From Negaprion brevirostris (taxonomy: Eukaryota), in assembly GCA_030324005.1 (NCBI GenBank), contig JARDVH010000031.1, forward strand, positions 38,473,784-38,537,679: DNA of 63,896 nt, given 5' to 3'. Below are positions 12,501-24,500 of this stretch, one piece after another; position 1 is the stretch's first letter; each line of letters begins with the position of its first letter. The notes beneath the pieces are model-generated. The model saw only the letters and a list, made by a program, of their open reading frames with translations, was not told the DNA's origin and searched no databases. The position numbers and the translations under genes are program-made.

Positions 12501-15500
12501 GGGAAGAGATAGAATGTAAGAGGAGGGAATTCCAGACAATAGGATTTGAGTGGCTGAACATTCAGGAACTGGCTGGGTCAGAGGAGAAATGGACGTAAAA
12601 AAAAAATTCTATAATCAGAGGAATTGGGCACTAAGGTCGGGAGAGTAGAGAGCTGAAAGGGATTAGAGAGATGGGATTGAGATCATGATGAGCTTTGGAG
12701 ACAATCATGTGGGAGTTGTATCTCCTTAGAGTATTTTTTCATCAGCTGCCATTACAGTGACAGGCATTCAGCTGAAACTTCAAGATGTACAGAGCAGGAG
12801 AAATTCTAAAGACATTTTCCCAATTAGATTTTAAATTAAACACTTTGCAATTGGAAAAGAATGTAAACATAGGGACATATGTACTGGATAAGTGAGAATT
12901 TGTATGAGCAGGATATTTGCAGCATAGTTTTGTACAATTAGCAGCAGTAGAGGGTGGAGAAAGGAAAGTCCGTAAAGAGAACTTTGGAGTAGTTGAGTGT
13001 GTTGAGTGGAGAAGATGTGTATTTGAAATTCAACTGAAAGTAAAATCAGCCTGAATCTATGTGAAATATATTGTTTTAACAAGAGACAGTCACTTCATTG
13101 CAATTTTATTTTTGGACACTTGGTTGTTCGAGAAAATACTTGAAAATCTCAGCAGGTCTGACAGCATCTGTGAAGAGAGATGTAGAAGTAATAATTCGAG
13201 TCCTTGCTGTTATGGATTCTAAACATTAACTCTGGGCTGAATTTTCTTGCCCTCTAACAGCAGGTGAGGGAAACAGTGCAGTGGCAATTTCCCACCAGCG
13301 TAAAATGACGGTGGGATCTTCTGCACGTCATGGTGGGTTAAAATTTCCACCAGAAATTGGCGTAAAACTGATTTACATTATGCTAATGGAATCCAGATGA
13401 AGCCACAATTGGAATTGCTCTCCCTGCCTGATCTGTGGTGCTGCCAATGAGAAATCTCGCCGATATACAGAACACATCTGGACCAACATGGTGTACATGT
13501 CAGCATTTACCTGAAGGCAGTCTGGGGCAGCTCACTGTGACCTGAAGAGGAGACAAAGGCCTCTAGCAACCAGACCCCAGAACACCAGGTGCAGCAGTGG
13601 AAGGGGTGGGGAATATCAACCATGTGAATCTTATCCATATAGCAGCTTCCAGGAAGTGGTTGTCCTCAGTGAAGCAACTCCTTCCTGGATTTGAATCTAC
13701 AAGCTGCAGGTGAAAGGCTGCAGGAGGTACTGGTCTGTGCTAAGAATGGGAGACATTAGACAGGGAGGAAAGGAGTGAAGTGGTGGAGTGGTGGCTAGTA
13801 TTAGGGGAAAAGGAGAGATTCTGCAACGGTTCTGGAATGGGTGAACTGGTATGGAACAGGAGAGTGGGAAAGGTCCTGCTGGAGTGCAGGTGGGGGAGCA
13901 TGTTGTGCATATATGAAAGGGCAGGGAGGTGGTGTAGAGGTGTGAACGGACTTGGGAGAGAAGAAAGAGACGGTTTTAAAGGGAGAGGTCAGTAGAGTCA
14001 ATGGGGAATTCCTGGAGGGCACATGAGGGTATCAATGATAAGATGGAATGATGACATTTAAAGGGGCACTAGAAGCCAATAGGATAAGGATGCGGTGAAA
14101 TTGAATGAAGGGGTGCTGAGGATTGTTGGAAGGAATGGGGAAAGTGATGCGGATTTTGGGGTTGGCAAGATAAGGGAGCATGTCACTCATAACAGAGGGG
14201 ATTTTCAAGAAGGTAGAGAACTTTTACATTGACCTATACAGACTGGAAGTCAATAGGGGAGGGATGACCATGGGGTGATCAAAAGTGAATCCTGGAAAGT
14301 CAGTTGCAATGGGAGGAAAGATATGGGTGATGAGGGAAGGGGAAAAGGTCTTAGACTCAACTTTGAAGCCATCGACAATCATGGCTGCCAACTATTATTC
14401 AGATCCTCGTGACAGAGACCTCATGATGCTGCATGAGGGTTGTCAGGTCAGGGGTGAGCGGAGCTACTGGTCAGCTCAACTGTACAACTGAAGGTGAACC
14501 CCAGCACATAGTGCTTACAATGCTAGGGCCTCAAGGCAGATAAGAGTGTGAAGGTAAAAAGCTCAATATGAATGGGAGACTTCTTACATATGACTCACAA
14601 GGATCCTGGCAAAGACTTTTTTGTCTCCCTGCTTGATTCTGGAAAATGTTGGGTATTTCGCTCGCAAGTTTAAGGACTATCACTCTCAAACCATGTCAGC
14701 CATGATTAAAATGCAAGTAAACTAAATTTTTAAAAAGTACACTGAGCGTAACATCACAGTCACCCGTGCAACACTTGTGAACTCTGAACTTCTTAATTAC
14801 TCTTTCCCCAATACTTCTATTTACTCCCTCAACATCTGCAGCAGGGGTGGCTCTGTTGTCTTGGATGGCTTTGTCACTTTTTGGGCCTTGCCCTCTTTCT
14901 GACACCTGTAAGTGAAAGAGGTGAAAATGGGTGACTGCATGAGCTACCTCCAACCTGGAAGCACTCTTGACCCTGAGCTTTTTATAACACATATTGATCA
15001 TTATCCAATGGAGGCCGCAAGCCAGTCTCTCCATCTCAAATTGATCTAACCTGTCTGGCCCTGCCAGTTGGGTTGCCTACTCCTTGATGTTGATCAATTA
15101 ATTTGTGGCTGACCCAAAAGGAAAAGTTCCACCCTGTTTCTCTCTCCATATGTGCTGCCAGACCTGCTGAGTTTTTCCTGTATTTTGTTTTATTTTCAGA
15201 TTTCTAACACCTACTGTATTTTGCTTTGATTTTATATTAATTACTGGCCTAGATAATCTGCCTGTAGCTATTAAAAATTTGAATGTAGCAATAAGAAAAT
15301 AATTATTAGTTAGTCGGGAACAGTGCCTGAAGCCATAAAAATACAAACAATTCCTTTTCTGAAGGAATTGAATTGAAAAACATTTTATGCTAAACTTGCA
15401 TTGAACTTTGCTCAAATACCCATGGAGTACTGTGCACAGTTCTAGTCTCCAAATTACTAAATAAATACCAAGCATGATACCAGAACTGAGAGGTCATATG

Positions 15501-18500
15501 TATCCAAAAAAAACTGAACAGGTCAGACTCTTTTCCCTAGAAAACAGAAAGTCGAGCGATGACCTGATGGAGGATTTTATAATTATGAAGTGAATTGATG
15601 GGGTAAATAAAGTGAAACATTTTTCACTTATGGGAGAGTCAAAAACCAAAGGAAACAAATAAGACAGTTATTAATAAATCCAGTGGGGAATTTAGGAGAA
15701 ATGTCTTTATTCATAGAATGATTAGAATGTGGAATTTGCCACCACAAGGAATAGATCAATAGCGTAAGATATTGAAAAGGGCAGCAAGTTAAGTACCTGA
15801 AGAAGAAAGATATAGAAATTTATGCAGGTGGAATTAGATGAAACAGAGTGGGAAGTGGCTGAGACATAAATAGCAGCTGAATGGCTTGTTTCGCTATTGT
15901 TGTTTTGTTACGTGAAAATTGCTTTTATCATTATCAAAAACTGTAGGTTCTTGTTTTGCTCTTCAAGAAAAATTTTTTTAATGTGGCTTATAACAGTTTT
16001 AATAATGTCTTTAAAGTGCCTGAGATTGCCAAGAAACTTGTGCCTGAAAAAGTTACTCCAATCACACTTACAGAAAGCAAGGAAATCGCTTCAGTAAAAG
16101 GTACAGAAGTGAGAGTACTTTCACCTGTATGGTTTTCTCATATATGTTACTAATGGTAACTTTAATGTTCCATGGGCTTTTTCCAATCACAAATAATATC
16201 GTCTCTGTTTTTTGTTTTTTCATTGTTTTATATGGTTTGTTCTGGTGATAATCTTGTGGTTTTGTCTTTACATTCTGATTTTTGTACCAGTCTTTGTAGT
16301 GGTGTTTTTGTATTTTATGTCTTAATATTTGTGTCATCTTATTCATCTTATTCTACACTCTTTTTAAACTTAAACTTATATGTTTTTGACCTTTATCTAA
16401 AATTCTAAAACTTTTTCTTCAACCTCTGAAGCTTTCAAGAAGATTTTACATGAAGAGACTATTGAAGTTGACAAGACTGTTCCGTATGAGAAAATTATTG
16501 AGCACGATGAGATGATCTTACCTGAAGAAACAATTCAAACTGATGAGACAATTTTACCTGAGGAAATTGAGCATGATGAGATATTATATGAGGAAAGTGC
16601 TGAGTACGATGAGGTGATATCTGAAGAAACTGTGCAGGATGCTGATAGAATTTTACCTGAGGAAATTGTTGAGGCAGATGAGGAGATTTTAGATAAAGAA
16701 ATTGTTGAACCTGACGAGGTGACTTCATACGAACAAAGTGTTGAGTTCTATGATATGGGTTTACCTGAGGACACTGCTCAGCTTGAGGAGATTATTTTAC
16801 CCAAGAAAATTATTGAGGCTGGTGAGAAGACTTTACATGAAGAAATTGTTGAAGCAACACTTCCAGAAAAAAAGAAATTTATTTCAGAGAAAGGTATAGA
16901 ACTATTTATTGGAGGATTATATTTTAAATCAGCTGCAACATCTCATAACCAATGGAAATGTCTGTGATTTTTAAAATTTTATTTATATTCTCTGTGGGCC
17001 CTCTGTTTACTCACAGTACTGCTGTCTACAATGTTGACACCTACATTTCAGATGTTCTCTAGTTACACTGGCTCTATTATTTCCTGTCTTTTATTTTTAA
17101 TACCGTATTGTAATAGTTATTGAGTAGTGAAAGAGTTTGTGAGTTCAGTCATTTTTACAAATTCCCCAGCAAACCTAAACTTTGCCTAACTAGCTAACTA
17201 AAAATTCACATAAGTAACAGTTTAATATTTGCCAGATGAAGCAAACAGTCTCTTCCAGTAGGGACATCCTCCCATTATCTGAGCTTGGAGAATTTAAACC
17301 CTGACTTCCAAGAGCCAAAATTGGAGACTAATCAACTAAAACTGTGCAGTGTAACGTAAAGAAGTATTAGGAATCGTCTACCCGCTCTGAGATCATTTCA
17401 CATGGTACAGTATTGACTCTGAGTACAAATAAAAAAATTCCATGGAGTAACTAGCACTCAAAGGTTATTTGTTTAACATTTTTTGAATAAAGTTAAAGAA
17501 ATATGTTTACTGTTTCTTAAGTATCTCACATGTTCAGTTGCCTGTTTTTAATAATATTAGAAATTTTGTATACATTCACTAAATATTTAAACAAAATGTT
17601 TTTTGAAGTGGCTCCAATTACTGAGAAGATTGAACCTAAAGGTGATGTTCTAGTCACTGCTCCAGTGAAACAAGATTTGGAACCAGTAGAAGGTATACAA
17701 ATCAATGTCACTCATTGGCTTGTGTCATTGGTGCAAAATCCATGAAACTTTCAACATTTCAATGTCTTTCACTTCCATTACATCTCTTCACCTGCATTTC
17801 ATCTTTCTTGTGGTTCATTATTTCATTGCTTAATTGTCTATGCTTGCTTTCAACTGTTCTTCATTTTAATTTTGTCACTCAAGCCTTGTTCTTACAATCT
17901 AATTAGTAAAGGAGCATTTGTACTGAAAGAAAAATTTTCTGGCCACATACAAGATACAACTATGAAAAATGAAGTTCAAACCCCCAACCTATCCAATTAC
18001 TTATTTTGGCTTGTTTGTCATGAACAATAGTTAGCATGTTACGCAATTTTAATGTGAGTAATATTTCCTCCACGACAGCAAAGAATAAACAAGAATTTTA
18101 ACTGTCCAAGGACTCTATCAAGACCATTGCACAATTGACCAATCATGTGGCATGCTTAAACCCTAAGGAAAAGTGTACTTCCCAAGTTTTTCATCCCTCT
18201 GACCTGGGTAAACTGGCAAAATTCAGCATCAAGTGGAAAGTTGGGAAACAAATGCTTGTCAAAATTAGACAGATGCTGAACTCTAATAGTTTGATGCACT
18301 CTAGCTGTTGAACCAGGGAATAATTTGGGATAATATTCCATGTAATTATGCTTTTCAAGAGTTGACTTTAATGGTAATAAAATCTTTGAATTGTTTTTAA
18401 AGTGCCTGAAACTGAAGAGGTACCTGCTACAACACTTCCTATTTCTGCTCCAGGACCAGTCAAGAAACCGCTTAAAGGTACAATTTATCAAAAGCTTGAA

Positions 18501-21500
18501 CCTTAATTTACAATGGCAAATTTTAAAATACCTAACTACATAATATGTTGATATACAGTTTAGTATTTTTTTTCCTGAATGCTAAATGGTAAAGTTATGC
18601 AGAATTTAATTGCACAGATTTCTAAATGTTGTGTATTGGTTGTATCAAATTGTCTTCAGTCTATTTAAAAAGTTACAATTCATGTATCTTGTCTCTTGTG
18701 ATCCCTTCTGTTAATGTGTTTATTTGGAAATTTTGCTGTCTATGGGTATGTTTTACAGTGTGTTTAATTTGGTGAACTCACCAATTTAGTTTGGAGATGA
18801 TGACATTGTTTGGTTTTGTTTAAATGTTAGACTGTTCTTTTACGGAATTGCAAAAAAAGTCCTTTTTGATGTATCACTAAATTATATATGAAACCTTTAT
18901 AGCTGCAGAACAATTCAAGCCATCTTTGAAACTAAAACCTACAGTCAAAGTTCCAAAGGAAGTAGAAGATATAGAAATTTCAGTACTGAAGAAAATTAGT
19001 AAGCTTCCCAAGGAAGAGAAAGATGAAGATGAGGGCATTATATCAAAAAAGGTGGATAGCTCCCCTAAAGAAGAAGACAAGTACATAGGGGTAGAACTTA
19101 GGAAACCAATTAAAGGTCCTGAGGAAGTGGAAGATGAAGAACATGTATCACGAAAGAAACCAGATGTAATCTTAAAAGAGAAAGAAACAGAAAGAGAAAT
19201 AATATTGCAGTTGGTTGATGAGATTCCTAAAATAGATAAAGATTATGGAAAAGGTGTATCAATAAAGAAATTAGATAAAATTTCTATTGAACAAGATGAT
19301 GCATACAAAATGTTACCAAGGAAAGGTACCAAAGTACAATCCAAAGAAATGGAGGAGGAGCCGGGTACACCACCGAAGAAACCTGATAAGATCACTAAAC
19401 AAAAGGAAGAAGCGGAAAAGATATCACTAAAAAAGCGTGACACAGTCCCTAAAAAAGAAACATTAAAAGAAAAACACATAATATCAAAGAAACTACCCAG
19501 TGATGAAGAAGATAGAAAAAAGCAAATAATATTGGAAACAGTTGGTGAAGTGCCTAAAATTGAAAGAGGCATAGAAAAGACTGTGCATTTAACCAGAACA
19601 GAACCAGTTCCTATGAAGGTAGAAGACAGAGAAAAGATATCTGTGAAGCGTACCCTAGTTGCTGATACAGAGAAGGATAAGGAGAAGATAATTCCATTGA
19701 AGGAACCTAGTCAAAGCCCTATAGAACAGAAAGATGAAGACAAACATTTGGCACTGGGAAAAGATAGGACATCGCCTCAGCTTGTGGAGGAAAAGGAACA
19801 CCCTAGTCTGAAGAAAGTTGACCTTCCTAAAATTATTCATGAAAAGACCAGGATTGCACCATCTCTTGAAAAAGAGGCACCCAAAAGTATAGAAATTTAT
19901 CCAGTTGATAGGATACCCAGGAAGACTGCTCCTGAAGAGCCTGCATCAAAATTGGTACGAGAGGTTACTGCAGAAGAGGCTGCCGATATTACCAAGACAA
20001 CATATGAAAAGAAAATGGTACCCTCCAAAGAAAAACCTCATGAAACACCTTTAAAGGTTGGAAAAGGGAAAGTTCTGGTTTCAAAAGAGCTGGAAACAGC
20101 TTTACTGAAAAAAATTCCCTCAAAAGGAAGTGCATTTGATGCAAAAGAACCACAAAAGATTCACAAATTACCTGAAAAGGCTGTGGCAGCTTATAAAGAG
20201 AAAACACAAATTATCCCTACTAAAATGGATAAAGGGAAAGTATCTGACGAACAGGAACCAGTGCAGTTAGAACAATTCCCCTTGAAAGAAATTCTGTTTG
20301 AAGATAAGGAATTAGAGAAAATAAAGAAAGTTCCTGAAAAGACATCAGTGATCCCTACAGCGAAAGTTGATGAAACACATTTTAAAATTGCAAAAGGAAA
20401 AATTCCTGTTTTGGAAGAACAGAAAGATCACATAGAGCTGAAGAAAGTTCCTTCAAAGGAAGTTGTAATAGAAGAAAAGCCACAGAAAGTACCAGTAAAG
20501 AAAGTACTGACACCCAGGGATATATCTGATATTGCACATCCTAAAATTGGAAAGGGAAAAGTACCAGTGTCAGAAGAAAGAGATCAAGCACAGGTGAAGA
20601 AGATTCCTTCAAAAGAAGCTGCGGTAGAAGAAAAGCCACAGAAAGTACCAATAAAGAAAGTACTGACACCCAGGGATATACCTGATACTGCACATCTTAA
20701 AATTGGGAAGGGAAAAGTACCAGTATCAGAAGAAGAAAAAGATCAAGCACAGATAAAGAAAATTCCTTCAAAAGAACCTGCAGTGGAAGAAAAGCCACAG
20801 AAAATACCAATAAAGAAAGTCCTGACACCCAGGGATATACCTGATGCTGCACATCTTAAAATTGGAAAAGGAAAAGTACCAGTGTCAGAAGAAGAAAAAG
20901 ATCATGTACAACTGAAAAAGATTCCTTCAAAAGAACTTGTGATGGAAGAAAAGCCACAGAAAATACCAGTAAAGAAAGTACTGACACCCAGGGATATACC
21001 TGATACTGCACTTCCTAAAATTGGAAAGGGAAAAGTACCAGTGTCAGAAGAAGAAAAAGATCAAATACAGCTAAAAAAGATTCCTTCAAAAGAACTTGTG
21101 ATGGAAGAAAAGCCACAGAAAATACCAGTAAAGAAAGTACTGACCCCTAGAGATGTGGCACACCTTAAAGCAGGCAAAGGGATTCCATCAGCTGTTGAAA
21201 AAGAATTGGAACTAACACAAATTAAAAAAGTTCCCTCTGAAAGCATCTCCACAGAAGATGACTACGAAGTAGAATCAGAAGAAATGTCAATAGAAGAATT
21301 ACGGGACAAAGGAGACTGGGAATGGGAATTAACTGAAGAAGAGGAGGAATATGGCTCATCTGTTGACTGGGAGCATGAAGATGATGAAGAGTTTGAGGGT
21401 GCAGTTGAGACTCCTTCAAAGCCTTACAAACAACGAGGTGAGATGGCTGCTGCACATCTACCAAACTGATTGTTCATATCTTGTGCTTTGGAAAATGGAT

Positions 21501-24500
21501 CAGTGTTCTTTGTTTTTGTTTGTGTTCATCTTTTGTCAAACATCTTTGTTTGTCCTCGCAATGCAGCTTGTGTTTATGTGCATGATGTATCATGGTTGTC
21601 AAAAGTCTGTCAAAAGGTTGTTAAAATTCATGTCTGTTTCTTGTGTTTGGTCCATGTGGTCCTATGCTTCCCAAAGAAAAATTGTCTTAATTTGCTTTGT
21701 CATTTGCTATTAACAGAGCTATGGGTGAATTAAAATCATTTTTCATTTACATCATTGAAGGCACAGGCTTCAGCAGACCTTTCAAATTGTCTGGTTTCAC
21801 ATTTTTCATTCAAAACTAATTATGTCTTTTTCTTCATTTTACATCTCCTCTGGCCGCATGAGTAAACCTTTGTTTAGTGTATTAAACAAGTGGTAGTGCC
21901 ATTTTTGATTTTTCTTTTGCCTGTATTACAGATTATCAATATATAAATATATTTTTCCATCTAAATACAATACACTTTCTGAGCCTCATTGTTTCCACCC
22001 TAAGGTTATAACAGAAGCATCTTAACATATAATAATTTGGAAGGATAGTCTTGACATGCCGATAATTATGTTACTATCTCACTACAGATGCTAAGACACC
22101 AGCAGATGAAGCCGGCAGGGGTAGAGGCTTCCTCAGAGGTGAGAGGGGATATCAAGCACTTAGTCACAACTAAGGATCCATGCATGATTGTACACATATA
22201 TTTGTTTCACAAGCACTACCAAACATTAAGTTGCAAACACATGCAATAATATTCCAACATAACATGCCAATTTAAGACAAATCATTGAATTATACTGCTG
22301 TTAAACAGAACTTTATTTAAATTTAATTCATGTATTAGTAAAAAGAAATCCATTAAGTGTTATGGTACATTTCAGTTATTTTAGAACTTAATTTGTCATA
22401 TCAATTTGCATGCTCTTCCGATTACAAAAATGATTGTGGCTGCGTAGACTCGATAGCAGACCCTAGATTAATATTGCATTGCTTACTTTTGCATGAACTG
22501 TCCTCTCTTTATATGCTTGCAGCTCCAAAGAGTAATAATTGAAGTTTAAATATACCTATTTACCAAGCATGAGTAATCAGTTTGTATACTGCACCTGATT
22601 ATTGGCCAGAACTGATGTTGGTGGAGGAGAACTTAGCATGAAAGCTAAATGAAGAAACATACACAATGTTTCAATGTCCTGATTGCCTTACTAGAATCTA
22701 AAACTTTAATGCATGCATTTCATTTTCTATTTGCGTGAAAACTTGTGTTTCTGGCTGTATTGAGTAGTTCCTACTTGAATAAAATTGTGCTGCCTGAAGA
22801 CTGATTATGAATCATTGGTGCTCCTTGGCAAATAGCAAATATACCAGTGCTGAAATTATATTGGCTGTATATTATGCAAATCTTACAACCTGAAAGCATG
22901 ATGAAATGCGTAGACTTTGAAGGATGAGCTTCAATGCACCAATTTACCTCAGAAAACCAAGTTTACAGAGTTTGATCTCTTAGTCAGTCACATTGCTCTG
23001 CTTGCATCACTGTCTTTTCTTTTCCAACTGAAAATGGCACATGGCATCTAAATGTCTGGTTCGCATCAAACCATCTTCAGAAGCATGCAAAAAAAAGCAA
23101 CAAATAAAACTGAATATATTTATGTTCAACTCTAAATTTTAGCGAAAAAGACACCATCGCCTGGAGAGGGAGACAAGAAGCCACTTAAACCGGGTGGAGG
23201 AAGGCCACCCTCAGAGGAACCACCTTTTGCAGGATTCCAGCTCAAAGCAGTCCCACTGANNNNNNNNNNAATTTGTCAAAGAGTTGAAAGATATTGTGCT
23301 GGAGGAAGCTGAGTCTATAGGGTCTTCTGCCGTCTTTGAATGCCAGATCTCCCCATCTACAGCGTTAACATCATGGATGAAGGATGGAAGCACTGTGAGA
23401 GAAAGTCCTAAATACAAATTTACCTCCGATGGCAAAGATAGAAAGTTACACATTATTGACGTGCAGCTTTCAGATACTGGTGAATATTGCTGTGTTGGTC
23501 GCCTCGGCAAACAAGAAAAGACATCCACAGCAAAACTAATTGTTGAAGGTACTGAGCATTGCTGTTTGAGATATTTCACAGCATAAATCATGAGCAAGAC
23601 TGTGCAATGTATTAAAGTTGTGCAACTTAGGAACCCTGCTGAATAGTTACTTTCAGTCTAATTTCTAAGGTCAAATGGTCATACACATTGTTACCATGTT
23701 ATTTCACAAGATTCATCAATTCAGTGTGATCCAAGTTCTAGATTTGGATCTTTTAGGTGTTATGAAAAGCTTTTGCCATTTTGTACAATATGAATACTTC
23801 GGTTTTTTTATCGAAAATTAATTGATATTTTCCCAAAACATTTTAGAATTGCCAGTGGCATTCTTTAAAACATTGGATGAGGAAGTAACTGTCTTCAAAG
23901 GACAGCCCCTGTATTTGACCTGTGAGCTGACCAAAGAAAAACCAGTGGTTTGGAAGAAGGATGGTGAACCTCTTGAACCCACATCTGACAGATACACAAT
24001 TAGCGTCATTGGGCTGCAGCATTCGGTTACCATTCCAAGTTCAGATTTTGAGGATGCTGGAGTGTATTCTGTTGAGACTGCTAACATAAGATGTGAGGGA
24101 AAAGTTAATGTACAAGGTTAGTATGTACGTCTTCATATATTTGAAGCAGCAGTAAAGGGATTTGAGGATTTGGTTTTAGCTTACATATTTTTGTCCATTG
24201 TAGAGATTGTGAGGAAGTGGTTTGTTAAACCTGTTCGGGACCAGCGGGTCAAACAGAAAGAAAATGCCGTTTTTCAATGCGAAATTGCAAAAGACACACC
24301 AAATATTAAGTGGTTCAAAGGAGATGAGGAGATTCCAATGGAACCAAATGCAAAAACTGAAATTAAGAAAGTTGGGAAAATTCTTACTCTCACTGTGAAA
24401 AATGCAACACCTGAAGATATGGCTGAATACACAGTGGAGGTGGAAGGACAAGCTTCTACTGCCAACCTGTTTGTTGATGGTAGGTATTCTATTACTTGGA

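Noticed and set aside
20380-21170. Regular repeats resembling a CRISPR array
   Set aside because: No unique spacers; these are coding tandem repeats in a eukaryotic exon
18926-21469. 847-aa ORF as a standalone gene or terminal exon (ending GEMAAAHLPN*)
   Set aside because: Begins at TTG and is bounded by good phase-1 splice sites inside titin; no evidence for intronic termination
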